64,000 nt of DNA from positions 89,964,001 to 90,028,000 of the forward strand of contig CM052816.1 in assembly GCA_028534125.1 (NCBI GenBank), read 5' to 3'. The notes under the pieces were generated by a model. It made no database searches, was not told the origin of the DNA, and was given only the letters and a program-made list of their open reading frames with translations. A program made the translations under genes and the position numbers. Source of the stretch: Lama glama (lineage: Eukaryota). This document shows positions 12,111 through 25,439 of the stretch, in pieces (position 1 is the first letter of the stretch; each line of letters begins with the position of its first letter).

Positions 12111-15100
12111 TAGCTCTCTTCATATATAAAGTATCTGGAATGACATTATCTGTACAACAGAGTAGAGGTTCCATCTTTAGATATGATGAGAGCTTGCTGC
12201 ACATTTTCAGTGTAAAAATTTAATTAAACAATGTATAAATGTGCCCTATATAATTTTTGCTGTGAGGCCTTATGTATTCCAATAGGTATCCTCCATCAGT
12301 AGTCTAGGTCCTCTGCTAAAAGTGAAATGATGTTTATGTGAATCTGTGTGCCTGGAGATACTTATTATTTCTTCAGGTCTATTAGAATAGGATGTTTGAC
12401 AACCATATCTTAATCTTAATAGTTTTGTGATTTGTTATAAAAATTTTCTCTTAGCTGTTATTATAATATAAAAATTTCAACATGCATGTATACAAGCATT
12501 TGTCCATTAATTTTTCATGGAAATATTTAATAACTCTTGAACTTGAACTAGTTATTCAGGGTTTCTTTTTCAAAAGCAAGTTTATAACATTTTCAAGAAT
12601 TCCTTTTATTTTTATTAGAGCACAAGCTGTTTCTACAAACATTAACATATTTATTCCCATTTTTCAAGAGTCTCTTAGCAGACTCAAACACTTTGGTTTC
12701 GGAAAACAATTATTATCATACTCCGTATCAAACAAAGATTATCCTTTGCACTTTCTGCTTTCATGTGAAGAGAATCACAAATGATACCCTAATTTCCTTC
12801 CCAGAAGCAACAAAGCCTGGTTAAATGTATTTCATGAAAACACTGCTCTTTTCTTAAAGTTTACGGAACACTGTATAAATATGTATCATCCAGGGACCAG
12901 GGCAGCAGGCGCTTTAAACAAAAGCACTCTTGGCTAAAACAGCAGCAATAATCACACTTCAGTTTTGCAATAAAGTATTCCTCAAAAGCTAATACCCTGC
13001 AAACTGCATTTTGTGTGAAACAATCATATTTCAACATTAAGATATCTCAGGATGCCTTGAAAGAAGCAGGCTCCTGCAAGGCCATTGACTGCACAGATTC
13101 CCAAAGATGCTCAGCCAGTGGTAACTAAGGGGAGCAGAAAAACAGGTGCCTAGGGGGTTGTAGTTTACTGCACAACAGGAAAAATCCGCAAATCAAAACT
13201 TGATAATTATATTGTATATCTAACCCATACTTTAAAGATTGACCTTGCAGACTCAGGAGAAAAAAAAAAAACCAAAGTGTAAGAACATTTCCTGGATGCA
13301 ATGAGTCTGAGGGAGAGAGAGAGTCAGAGAAGTAGAGAATTCAGGAAGCAGTAGACATGAAAGTTGAGGACACGGAAATTGAGTGCCTCCTCTGGATGAG
13401 CACTTCCCCCCTTTGAAAGACTCCTGGACTTTAGAGACAAATTCTCTTTTTAAGATTCAATTTTGGATCTTATTTTAGTAATTTCCTTGTGATGATCTCC
13501 AAAATATATTTGTTCAATTTTTTTTCTACTCGATTTCATAGTACTTAGTTTAGTGTCTTATTTCCTGCTTTTTAAAAATTTTCCAGTTAATATGTTATTA
13601 AATATTAGCATTATCCATCAAGGTCCCATGCTGCCTTCATTCTCATTATTACTTACTTTATATGGGTTTTTTTTTTTTTTTTGAGGATCTGCTATTTCCT
13701 GAAAAATACCCAGAGAAAAAGGCTGGAAATCTGTTACAGCAAATGGTACACTGGGTATGCCTTTTTCCTTTAGGATGCTCCATTTGTCTTTGATCAGAAA
13801 CTACCTACATCCAAGGCACAATCTATGAAATATAGCTTCCAAATAGAGGGACAATTCACCCAGCCTAGGCGGGATGCTGACAGCTGGCTCAAGGCTCCGG
13901 GGCTCTTCGCTCAGGTGTAGCATGCTTCAATTCTTCAATTACCAGCAGGGTGTTACAGAAAATGTGCAGTGCCTCCCTGACCAGATTCAGAATTTAAGTG
14001 TAGGTGGAGGAAAAATTACATGAGCCAATCAGCTCTCTGTCAGCTAAAAAAAAAAAAAAAAAAGTGAGAAAGTAATCATAATAAACAGTCTTTGGCCTAC
14101 AGAACTTCAGATACAGACCAAGAAACTTCTTGTACATTAGTTTTCAAACATAGCATTTCTGATTTGTAGCTTATCACTGGAATAAAGGTTTTATTTTTGT
14201 TGTCCAAATCTTTCGTGTGTGTGATTTTTGTTTTTAAGTTAAACATAGAGAGATGAAGAAAAAATGAGGAAGAAAAATGACTCCATCTTACCCACCACCA
14301 CCACAAACAAAAAAGCAAAAAAAAAAAAAATCAAATAATCAAACCAAAAAAATCTCGAAAATTTTTCTAGCTCCTTTTGATAGACGGAAATAATTTTAAG
14401 TGGAGACTGTATTTTTACAAAATCCACTTTGGATGTTATTTCTTCTGGTATTGAAATCACATTCATTCTTTAGAAAGACCCTGGTTTTCTGAATTTTTAA
14501 GATATATGAGTAGAAATGTTTAAACTTCCATTGAGATCCTATGTGTAGGAGAGTATGAACTAACCACTGTCATTCAATTAAAAAATAATTTGCACAACTG
14601 TTTAACTTCTTTTTCCATTTTGGATGGCATATTGTTCAATGAATTCACTTTTTTCCCCATATTATTGTGAAGTAAGCTTTTAAAGATACTTTTTCCTTTA
14701 ATATTCTTGAATCTACTTAAATTCAATTCAAATGCAACTTGTGTCAAATATTGGATCCAATAATCATTACAGCAGTGTTTTCTTCCTCTCTCCTGCTATA
14801 TTAAAAGTTATATTTTTCACAAAGTAATTGCCATTCTATTCAGAGTTTCTAAGCATTTCATTGTTACGAAGTTTGCTTCTCAGTTACAAAACTAATCACA
14901 GCATTTCGTTTTTATAACCAGGAACACCTGTGCCTACGGGGAAGTCAAAGCATTGTATTAATTATAGTTCTTAAGTTCAAACATTGACACAATTAACTTA
15001 CAGCATCCGTAAAACACTGTCGTCTAATAAAGAGCGGTTGATGCCGTGAGTGAAAAGGCAGTGGGTTTTATAAAGATGTCACAGCAGTAAAAAAGCAGAG

Positions 15101-17139
15101 ATGAAAAACTAACAACTATTGATTGAAGGATTTCTTTGTCTCTCTAAATAAAGATAATAGATTTGTAGCATTGATTTTCTCCTTTCATAGAACTAATTCC
15201 GTACATACAAATTATCCAAGAATGTAATTTTCCTATTTTCCTAAACTAATAGCTTATTTTCTGTTAAGACTATAAAGAATCTTGAGGAAAATCAATATTC
15301 TTTCAAAGAGAGGAATCATTGTACAAAAATCTGCCGGTGGGCAACTTCAAAAGTCCCTGTGGTCTTGTAGGAATTAATTGTTGGTGGCTTTGATGCACTT
15401 TGTGATCTCATTTGCATAAAAAAAGAAAAAAGGTGATTATGTCAAGTAGGCAAAATGCTTTGCACATTTAGATTCATTGCTTGAATGTTATACAACACAA
15501 CTTGTTGATTTATTTAAACTTTATTGAATATTTTCATCATGAGTATATATTTATTAGAATTATGATAAAATGCTGCTAAATAAACTGAGCAGAACTGAGG
15601 TCTAGGAAAACAACAAATATGAGACTCAGAACAATTGGTGATACTCTCACTGAAAAAGTTACTATTTTTCCTGGTAGAATCTGATGATCTAATACTATCC
15701 AAAGAACCATTTGTTTGCATCTGTATTCAGAATGCTCAAATTCTGGATCTTTTGTACCACCCAGAATTTCTTGTGTTCTTACCACTGTAACCTTTAACTC
15801 AGGTTAAAACAAAATATCCAGAAGTCTCATTCAACAAACGTTGATGAAATTCTTCCTCTTTGTTAGACTGAGGGCTAAGTTTTTTGGGTGGAAAAAAATT
15901 AAACAAGAAATATTCGCTAATCTTTACCCCCCCAAAAAAGGTTAGAAGAAAAATAAAGCTTATAGTGAGATGTTTAGCTTGAGAGTGTTACAAGGAAGTG
16001 ACAGAAATTCACCTAAGTAATAAATAAGCTCTATGCCTACAGTCCTTTCAGTATGAACATATGTGCACACAAGGAAGTGGAACCACACAAGCCACAAACA
16101 CCCTAACTTTCATCCTAATCTGAGTAATGGAACATGAGGGAGGAAAGATTAATTACTGATTCAGAGATCGAGACAAAATTGCCTGATCACATTTATAAAA
16201 ATAAATGAGCCTGGCAATTCAGCAGAATTGTTTGTATAAAATAAATGGTAGACATTTGAGGAAATAAGATTTGTCTTATTTACTTCAAGAGGGAAAGAAT
16301 AGCTTTACTAGAACCCAGAGTTTATAGAAATACAAATGAGAGAGAAGGATCTGAAACTGCACTGGCGTCAAATTGTGCAAGGTTTTATTTTTATCAGTCA
16401 TGAGAAATCATTTAAGGTTGAGATTTATTTAAACTTCAAAAGCCATACTTTGGAATTCCTGGAAAATAAAGACATCACCCAAGGATCATAATCCCATGAT
16501 CTCCTCCAACTCTTCCTGATTCCACTTTAAATGACCAGAGGAATAAAAAGGTCGGCAGAGAAGAAATCAGTCTGAAAACTATGACATATGTATGTCAAAA
16601 AATAAATAAAACACAAGAAAAGGGAGAAGTTAACCTCTAATAAACATGGTGCCCTGAGGAAGAGAAAATACAGTAGCTCAGTTGGACCCCTCTTCATTCA
16701 GTGATCAGTAAGAGCCCACCATCTCTTTTATTCAGAGGCTCAAGGTCTTGAGGACAAAAGTGGATCTTTGGATCAATTGGTATTGATCTACTTCAAACAG
16801 AATACACAGAAACTAAGTGTGTTAAAGGTGTTGGGGCCACAAGATTTAGAAATGAAGCTCTTAATGTACTGACAGACCTGGCAACCACACCAGGCCATAT
16901 AGGACATGTAAAATAAAACACAGTATATGAGCACCTACAAAGAGAAATATGGACACTGATGGTGGCTCCTAGGCACAGAAGCTTCATCAAGGGTATAGAA
17001 AATGAATCCCTTTGGATGCAAGTATCCATAATTCCAGCTCTCACTCTCTGGACTGCTAGTTCACTGGAAAACAACTGGAGTTAGAGTAATAAGCCCTTAA
17101 GCACCAAATCTGAAAGGTGGATGCTAAAAATATTCAGTA

Positions 17140-18770
17140 AGAGGTGATGGACTCCAAACCCAATGCATCCTACTCTGGTCAAAGGCCATTTGCTCTAGAT
17201 GTGCATGGGACCCAATCTCTCTCCCCCAGTGCATTGCTCCAGCAATTAGCTTCTCTCTTTAGCCTCATCAGTTTTTCTCACTCAACCAAATTGGTCACAT
17301 GAGCATTTCAAACATGTTTTACTATCATATGTTAAGAAAAAAAATCTTTCTGACTCTACCATCTGATACTACCACACCATTTTTCTTCCCACTTACAATC
17401 AAATCTCACAATAGTTCTATGTAACTGTTGTATACATTTCCTCTCTTCCTATGTTCTCTTAAATTCACTTAAATCAGGTTTTGCTCCATCAGAATACCAA
17501 AACTGCCTCCGTCAACCTCACCAATAATCTCCACATTAAAACTAATGTTCAGTTCTCAATACATATTTTATTGAAGTTATCAGCAGTTTCAGAACCAATG
17601 GTTTAGTGCTTCCTTCTAGAAAGAATTCTTTTCACTGGACTCCTAGAATGACACACTCTCTTGGTTCTATTCTCCCCCCAGTGGACAAGGGTCCCCATTC
17701 TTGCTTCATGGTATCTCTTCACCTCTCCAAATTCTCAACACAGGAATGCCCCAGGGCATAGTCTTTAGCCCCCTTCTCATCTCTACTTACGATCCACTCT
17801 ATGACCTTCAAAATCATCTCTCTATTTTCTTCAATCAACTCTATTCTGATTTACAGACTCAACTCCTTAATAGGTTTCAGAACTAATAGACATCTTCACA
17901 CTTTATACATATAACAGTACTGCTTTCCTTCCAAAATCAGTAATTTCACAATATTTTCCTTCAGAGTGTATGATGCTGCCAGTCTACAAATCCTTAAAAT
18001 AAGCTTTGCTTCCTAAATTAATCTGCCAGCCTGTATGCAGTATATCAAAAAAGTATGATGTATACCTTCAGAATATATCCAGAAGCCAATCATTCCTTGA
18101 CAGTTCCCAGCACTGTCAATGCTGCCACCCCAGGACAAGCCTCTAACGCATCTGTGCTATATAACTACAAATATTTCTCCCTGTGTTTTCACATGAGCTC
18201 TTCTATATTGTGTCATCAATACAGCAGCCAGAATGGCTGATTTAAAACATGTTGGCTCATATTCTTTCCACAACGAACTCTTCGGTGATTTCTTCTGGGA
18301 TTAAGACACAATGTCCTTCAAATGACCCCAAAAGTCTTATTTTTATCTACTACCACTCTATGATCTCTTACACCTCATGCCATTCAAATCTCCCCACAGC
18401 CCACTCTGCTGCAGCCATAATGGCCAAGTAATCTCTTAACAGAAGACCTTCGAACGAGTGGTTTTTGCCTCCTGAAATTTTCTTTCTCAGGAAGTCCTTG
18501 TGGTTTACTTATTCCCACCTTTATGTCTCTGCTAAATTCATCTTACAAGAGAGGCTTTCCCTGACCAGCCTACATAAACAGGAGCAGTCTCCCCATCGAG
18601 GGTACTCATGTCTATGCCCTATTGTACTTCATTGATATTATCTATCACTACCTGGTGATTTACAAGAATTTATTTATAGTCTTCCTTACCTGGAATATTT
18701 TCTCTCCCATGCAGAGTCCTAGTCCAACATGACAGGTACCCAATAAATAAATGATGAATGGTTAAATGCC
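17140..18770 (+). mobile_element. LINE-2 (L2a-like) 3' portion
   Basis: ORF 17701-17886 contains SSPLQILNTGMPQGIVFSPLLISTY, a decayed L2 RT motif (GVPQGSVLGPLLF). The L2 3' tail CAATAAATAAATGATGAATGG lies at ~18741-18761. Confidence 0.8.
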
Positions 18771-18909
18771 AGACAAATTCATGAATAGAAATCTATTTCT
18801 GCTTTCAAGAATGAAATAAATTGGTAAGTATATTTTAAAATGGTCAACCCAAAGGAAGACATCATTCAAGAAGCAGAGAACAGATGTTGCATATTTTGTT
18901 GAATACATT

Positions 18910-19232
18910 TACTATGGTCCAAATGTTTGTATCACCCAAAATTCATATGTTGAAATCCTAATCCCCAATTTGCCGGTATTAGGAGGTAAGGTCCTTGGGA
19001 GTTCAGCTGTGTGCATGGAGCCCTCATGAGTGAGATTAGTGTTCTTATAAAAGAGACCACACATAGCTCCCTGGCCTCCTTCTGCCCAGAGAGGATACAG
19101 TGAGAAGTTCACAACACAGAAAGGGGGAGGGCTCTGACTTAACCATGCTGACTTCCACGCTTCCGAATGATGAGGAATTTCAGTTATTTATAAGTTACCT
19201 AACCTGTGATGTTTTGTTAGTGCAGCCTGAGG
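18910..19232 (+). mobile_element. MaLR LTR (MLT1A/MST-like)
   Basis: TACTATGGTCCAAATGTTTGTATCACCCAAAATTCATATGTTGAAATCCTAATCCCCAA...GGAGCCCTCATGAGTGAGATTAGTGTTCTTATAAAAGAGACC, ending TTTTGTTAGTGCAGCCTGA. Confidence 0.85.
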
Positions 19233-19716
19233 GGGGTCGCAGAGATATTTATCATCCAATCTGTTTTATTCGAGGAGGAAAATTTATCAGTACAAGGAGA
19301 AAGTCTGAGATTAGTGATTTTAGAAGCATATTCTTTCCTCCATGAAATGATGAAAAACCCAAGAAGATAAATAAGAGGAACCTCCTGAAAATGTATTGTA
19401 TGCTCTTTATTAAATACCTGTGTGTTTCTCTCTCCTGTATGAGGAGTCTCTTGTGAGTCCCTCAGCTACGCATGCAAAGCCAAGTTCATGGAACCACTTC
19501 AAGAGCTTAGTTTCTTAATGCTTTGTTTCAAGAAATATATTGTTCAGTTATTTTATATTTCCCTCTTCCCTCATCCCTTCCTTCCTGCTCCCCCACTCTC
19601 TCGCTCATATACTTTCTATCCATCTTTTATGTAGGCACTAATTTAGAGTTATCGCCATAACACTGTCCCCTTTTTGCCTCTGTGTTTCAGCCTTTCCTTT
19701 TTGCTCCTCCGAGTTT

Positions 19717-20265
19717 TGTTGGCTGGTTAGATAAGGGGGGTTACTGGGCAGATAGATGGAGGAGAGGGAGGATGGTCTGGAAGACGGTGTTATGCCCAAC
19801 TCCAGCATAAAGGGACTTTACTTCTAAATGAGTGCCAGCAAGAAACCATTTGGAACCCGACAGCCATGACTGTGTGGTAGCAGAAAGGACTTAACCAGAC
19901 ACGATCCGATGCTCATGCAGCATAATTAACATTGCGATTTAGCCCCCCCCCAACTGCAGTGAGTTTTTCTCTGTACACTGTGGGTAAGGACACGTGCAAA
20001 GGGGCCAAACATGACTAAGCCCTCCAGGGACGAGAGCTGTCAGTCAATCAAGAGACCGCCTCTAGGTGAGGGTGTAAGAGAAGGGGAGACAGAAACCACT
20101 GCTTTTCCTCCCTTGGACCAGCCCCCCTCCTGTTCTTGGGGGTGTACTTTTCCTTTTCTTAACTAAATCTTTCAGAATCTTTCTCTACACAACACACCGT
20201 ATCCTGACTGTAAACTTGTCTTTGGGGTATGACGAGAACCAGAGTCTTTACCTTTTGAGGTAACA
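19717..20265 (+). mobile_element. ERV1-class solo LTR with 4-bp TSD
   Basis: TGTT...AACA termini, with GTTT at 19713-19716 and 20266-20269. GC/CpG content is higher than in the flanks. Orientation is inferred from the U5-like 3' end (GACGAGAACCAGAGTC...GGTAACA). Confidence 0.7.
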
Positions 20266-20587
20266 GTTTCAGCAATCTGACTTGCATCTTCTGTCCCCTT
20301 TACCTGCAATCATATAGTCACCACACACAATATGACTTAGGCAGCTATAGATGTATGATATGATTTCTTTATATGTGCCTTCATTTTCTAAATTCCTAAA
20401 ATATAATTTTCCTATTAAGCCGTTAAAAATGAAATCCATTATTTTAGTGGTTGCAGACTATTCCACAGTATAGATATATTCAAATGTATTTAAACAATTA
20501 ATTTAAAGACATTCATTTTGTTTCCATTATATCACTACAAGTAGAGCTGAAACAAACATCCTGTCATTCATCTCTGTGTTGCAGACT

Positions 20588-21054
20588 TGTTACCAGAGGC
20601 AAATTCATGTATCCAGCACACCATGAGGCCAAACAAACTGAGAAAGAGTTTGGAGTAGAGAAAGATTTATTGCAGGGCCGAGCGAGGAGAACAAGGTGGC
20701 TCATGATCAAAAAAAAAGCTCTGAGCTCCCCAAAGGGTTTCAGCAAAGCATATTTAAAGGCAGGTGAGGGAGGAGGGTTGCAGGTACATGATCAGCTCGT
20801 GCACAGCCCTCTCACTGGTTGATACAGAGGGAACAGGGCAGTCAACACTATCAACCTCTGGGCCCCAGAAGGTCTGGGAGTCACTTGCTCTCCATCATCA
20901 AGTAGCTAATTTTTTTTCCCTTTGGTGGTAGTTTTTAGCATCTGAAAATCTCAGGAAATATACTTGAGGTACTATTACCAGAGAGGAGCTGACGCAGAGA
21001 AGATGGGGGAGGGGGTCTGACTCTGGAAAACACACAGGGTCTTGCTCGACTACA
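20588..21054 (-). mobile_element. ERV1-class solo LTR (cetartiodactyl-type)
   Basis: TGTTACC...CTACA termini. The minus-strand poly(A) signal appears as AGATTTATTGCAGGG (~20665), and a TATA-like TATTTAAAGG is at ~20751. The TSD is degenerate. Confidence 0.75.
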
Positions 21055-22340
21055 CATTTATGGCCACATATGCATTTATCATATGGTGGGAAACAAGAGG
21101 ACCTATACATTTAATTCTCATAATCATTGCCATCTCTCAAAGGCTGTGAAAATTCCCATTTGACCTGTAGTTTGAATGAGCAGGTATTTGCTTTAAACGC
21201 CCACTCCTGGAGTCCCAGCACAGGGAAAGGGTTCTGTGTGCCCTCCCAGGTGCCACTCGGATGGACGGCAAGCTCTCCTGGCCTGCCTGCTGGGCTGTTT
21301 CCTTTGTGTGGTTTCACCATTTCAGAGAACTTTCCTTCCAGTGAAGCACCTGGAAGTGGAATATGCTAGTTTGCTCATTCCATTTACAAGAATGAATCCA
21401 TGGTCAGCCAGACTGCAAGGAAGGTCGGGAATATGAGGGAACACAAGGATACTGAAGGTCACTTCCTCTGTAAATTCAAATGCCTACATGAGCGTCTTCC
21501 AGTACACTTACATATGTGAAAAACACAAAGAAGAAAAAGGAAGCAACATAGAATGTTCAACATTGATCACTGTAGGGAGAAAATAAGGGGCTATTTTGGA
21601 GATTTATAGCATAGAATTAAAGTCTATTTTATGCAGCCTTCTTACAAAGTAATTAAAACATGAGGACGTTGATCGAAAAATTAGCCAAACACATGAATAT
21701 GAAATATACAATAGCATTACACTTAGAAAGAAGGCAAAATAATTCTCAATTATTATTTCCAATTACTCTCAGTGCAATTACCAATTACTATTAATTACCC
21801 AGTTAATACGAACTACTCCTGAATCAGCTGTAGAAAATACGAGTAAGCCTTATGCAGAGAAACAGACGCAAGAAGCTGGCTTAAAGGGGGAAAGGGGAAA
21901 GGACAAAGTCAGAGAAGATAATTTACTCTACCTAGCAATTTGAGGGAGAGCAGAAGGAGACAAAGAGGAGAACTTATAAGCCTGAATATGAAGGAAAGTT
22001 TCAAGAGGATATGGTGAGTGAGAGAATCTTTAGGGTGGTACGGGATGTCATTCCATCCACGTATCTCCAGGCAAAGTGACCCCCATTGGCCAGAGGCAAT
22101 TCAGCAGAGCAGGTGCAGCCATGAAACCATTGTCAGCTAACTCCACAGCAGCTGGCATACACATGTGCAGGCTCAGTAGCAGTGTCTCTCCTTGAGCTAA
22201 TGTAAAGAATAAGATTGTGACAATCAGACCCACGCGAATCAAAGATATCACCCAATGACATATGTTACAAATAATTTCTAGGATGCTCACACTCAAGAAG
22301 CTCTGGAGAAGTAGAGAGAGAACCCATATAGCTCCTCAGA

Positions 22341-22607
22341 TTTTTTTTTTAATTTTTTGAATATTTTTATTGTTTCAATTGAAGTATAGTTAGTTTACAA
22401 TGATGTGCCAATTTCTGGTGTATGATATAATGTTTCAGTCAAACATATACACACATCTATTTGTTTCCATAGTCTTTTTCATTATAGGTTACTACAAGAT
22501 ATAGAATATAGTTCCCTGTGCTCTACAGTAAAAACTTGTTGTTTGCCAATTTTTTATACAGTAGTTAATATCTGGGATAAATTGGGAGCTCAAGATTCCC
22601 AGATATT
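22341..22607 (-). mobile_element. Camelid L1 3' end, 5'-truncated with a short inversion
   Basis: Poly-T followed by ATTGAAGTATAGTTAGTTTACAATGATGTG...GAATATAGTTCCCTGTGCT, the reverse complement of the copy at 51345-51757. The last ~33 bp are inverted. Confidence 0.9.
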
Positions 22608-24226
22608 TTCTTCATCAGACACATGTTGATTGTTGAGGAAGAAGATGAGTTACCTGAATGAGGACGACAGTTTTCTCACAAGAAGGAAGCACTTTAAGTG
22701 ATGAAACATTTTCACTTAATCTCCAGATATTTACAGAGTTCATATAAAATTTTCTCAGGGATCATGCCCTATAAATCCACAGATAATAGGTTCATTTACC
22801 ACCAGCAATTCTAAACTAGGGGTCAAACGTATCTCTTACGTGGGCACTTATCACCGAGCAAAATAATTTGTTTGTGTATCAGAACTTCTATTACCAACAT
22901 GGTTACATGAAGATAAGATTATGTCATGTTTTCTTTCCTTCCTAGAGAGAAAAATCATAAGACAGCTGTTTCCCAATGTGTATGTATATATAATATCTAT
23001 ACATATTATATATATATACACATAACAGCAGAATATTTACCTTAATGTGTGTATTTTCAAACATTATGAAAGTATTCACTCATTGGAAATAAAGAACTTT
23101 TGCAAGAATCACATAGCTAAGTCTTTCAGAACATTCTGAACAAATGAAGTAAGACACAGAGACGAAGCTATAGTATTATTAAATTTGTTTTAAGTTCCAA
23201 AACAGGGTAAACAAAACTATAAAGAACAGCAAGGAAATGGATATCATGAAAGCAAGGATTATGGTTACGTCTGAAAAGGAATGTGTATAACACAGAGCCT
23301 CTTGGGGCGCTAGCCCCATGCTGCCTCAGGATGGGTGATAACCGTGTGGTTTAGAGTTTATCCTGCACATATGCATTTTGGCATTTTCACAATAAGACAA
23401 AACAAAACCAGAAACAAACAAAATCTGAAAAAAACAAGTTAAAAAAAGAAGAGCATAAGGGGGAAAATCATCTCTTAAGATACTTATTTTCAAATTCATT
23501 ACCAACCAACTTTCTGTTAATATGGTTGATGAACTTCCTACACACTTTACATTTCAGAACGTTACATTCTTTTTAAGTGACCTTTTTCAAAGGGCAAAAA
23601 GCATTCCACCACTATGTCTTCTACATTTCCAGTTTCTTTCAAAAATTATTGTCTTAAATGATAATGTTAGAAAAAAGCTTACAGTATTAACTGGTATCAG
23701 TGTCTGCCAACAGTGAGAAAATTACCTAGGTTACAAGAGTTGGACGTGACTTTATCTTTGACAACAATCCAGGAGTTTGTTGCCTTCTTGTTAAAAGAAA
23801 AAATTGCCTTTGCTTTAGTTTTTAAATCATTCTAATGAACTGAAATTATAAATGCAGAGTGGAATCCGCCAGTTCAAGCATATCATTAATTTTATACTAT
23901 AATATATTCAACCATGGATTAAGAAATACAGCTTTCCTGATCAGTAGTCTAATGTCTGTTTAATAATATCCAGTTAATCACATTCACTTTACCAGCAAGT
24001 TTTAAAAAGTGAAATTCTAATTACTTTGGAAAAGCAGCTTGCCCGGCACATCACAGCAGTGTGCTCATTTTGCTTTTAAAGATGCTTCTAAAGAGACTAC
24101 ATACAGCCTTTCTCCCTTGATGGTAAACAAATTTCAGTGACAACAAATTGTTTCAAAATTATTTCCATACCTAATGGAGGAATAAGTGAAGAAAGTACAA
24201 TTTCAGAAATGATATTTTTTTCCTAC

Positions 24227-24632
24227 TGTCTTAGTCAGCACCGGTTGCTATAACAGATACTGTAGACTAGGTAGCTTAAACACACACTTTTTTTTTAACA
24301 TTTTTTATTGATTTATAATCATTTTACAATGTTGCAGACACTTATTTCTGACCATTCTGGAAGCTGGGAAGTCCAGGATCAAAGAGTTTCTGGTCTTCTT
24401 CCTGGTGAGGGCCAGTTGCTGGTGTGCAGACCTATGCTTTCTTGCTGTGTCCTCACAAGGTGGAGAGATTATTTGTCTCATGTCTTCCCTTATGAGGGCA
24501 CTAATCCTATTCATGAGGGCTCCACCCTCATGACTTAATCACCTGCCAAAGCCCCACCTCCAAACCATCACACTGGGGATTAGGGCTTAAATAAATGGAT
24601 TTGGGAGGAAAACAGACATTCAGTACATAGCA
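24227..24632 (-). mobile_element. MaLR LTR (MLT1A0-like) containing an L1 micro-insertion
   Basis: TGTCTTAGTC...GCTATAACAGATAC...CTGGAAGCTGGGAAGTCCAGGATC...GGCACTAATCCTATTCATGAGGGCTCCACCCTCATGAC...CATTCAGTACATAGCA. Confidence 0.85.
24290..24334 (-). mobile_element. Extreme 3' end (~45 bp) of a young camelid L1
   Basis: T-run plus AACATTTTTTATTGATTTATAATCATTTTACAATGTTG, flanked by CACACACTT (24281-24289) and CAGACACTT (24335-24343). Confidence 0.75.
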
Positions 24633-25174
24633 TATAGCAATCTCTGTTGTGATTTCAGAAAATAATTTAAATTTTATGCATTTTTATCAGCTAGTACAGA
24701 TATTTTTTCACGATTGAATATGTTTAGTAAGTATGACTAAATATTTTATCTAATGGTTTTAAGAGGAAGAAAACAGGATCTTTATATAATGTAATATTTT
24801 TGCACTGGTTATTTTTGATCGATAGAAGCACTTTAAAATAACTTTCTGAAAGAATTAAAAATAAATTCAGTAGCAGTTCTCAAGATGCTCTTTTTATATT
24901 TTCTGTCTTTCAGATTCTGAAAGTTTTTTTTTTTTGCTAATTTCTAAATTATATTTAAAGATAAAATGGTGATGCCAAGTTAACATAATAACCCGATATT
25001 TTGGAGAGCTATCCATATGGCTAAAATATATTTACTTCAAAGGGAAAAATATGTATTTGTAACTCCTTATTTAGAATTTAGTGATGTTATTATAATTTTA
25101 AACAGTTTAAGTTCTTGGAAATTCAAATGCATTTTATAAAGTGCAAAGTACATCTGGAGGTGGAAATTTGAATA

Positions 25175-25350
25175 AGGAATGGTCTGTGGGTAATGTGAAT
25201 GTATCAACATTGGTCATTAATTGTAACACAGGCACCACATTAATGGAAAAGTCTAATAAATACACAAAAATGGCTAGGGGATATTTAGAAGCTTTTTATA
25301 TCATCTTCTCAATTTTTCTGTAAATCTAAAATAAATTCTATTTTAAAAAT
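25175..25350 (+). mobile_element. L1MC-type 3' terminal fragment
   Basis: GTATCAACATTGGTCATTAATTGTAACACAGGCACCACATTAATG...CTCAATTTTTCTGTAAATCTAAAA matches L1MC 3' ends. Confidence 0.65.
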
Positions 25351-25400
25351 ACCATTGGAGGTAGTTGCACCCTGAAGTCCATCAATTAGAGACCTTATAA

Positions 25401-25439
25401 CACATTGTAACTGACTGTACTTCAATTAAAAAAGATAAT
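25401..25439 (+). mobile_element. Extreme 3' end (~40 bp) of camelid L1
   Basis: CACATTGTAACTGACTGTACTTCAATTAAAAAAG is nearly identical to the end of the L1 at 51721-51757. Confidence 0.8.
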
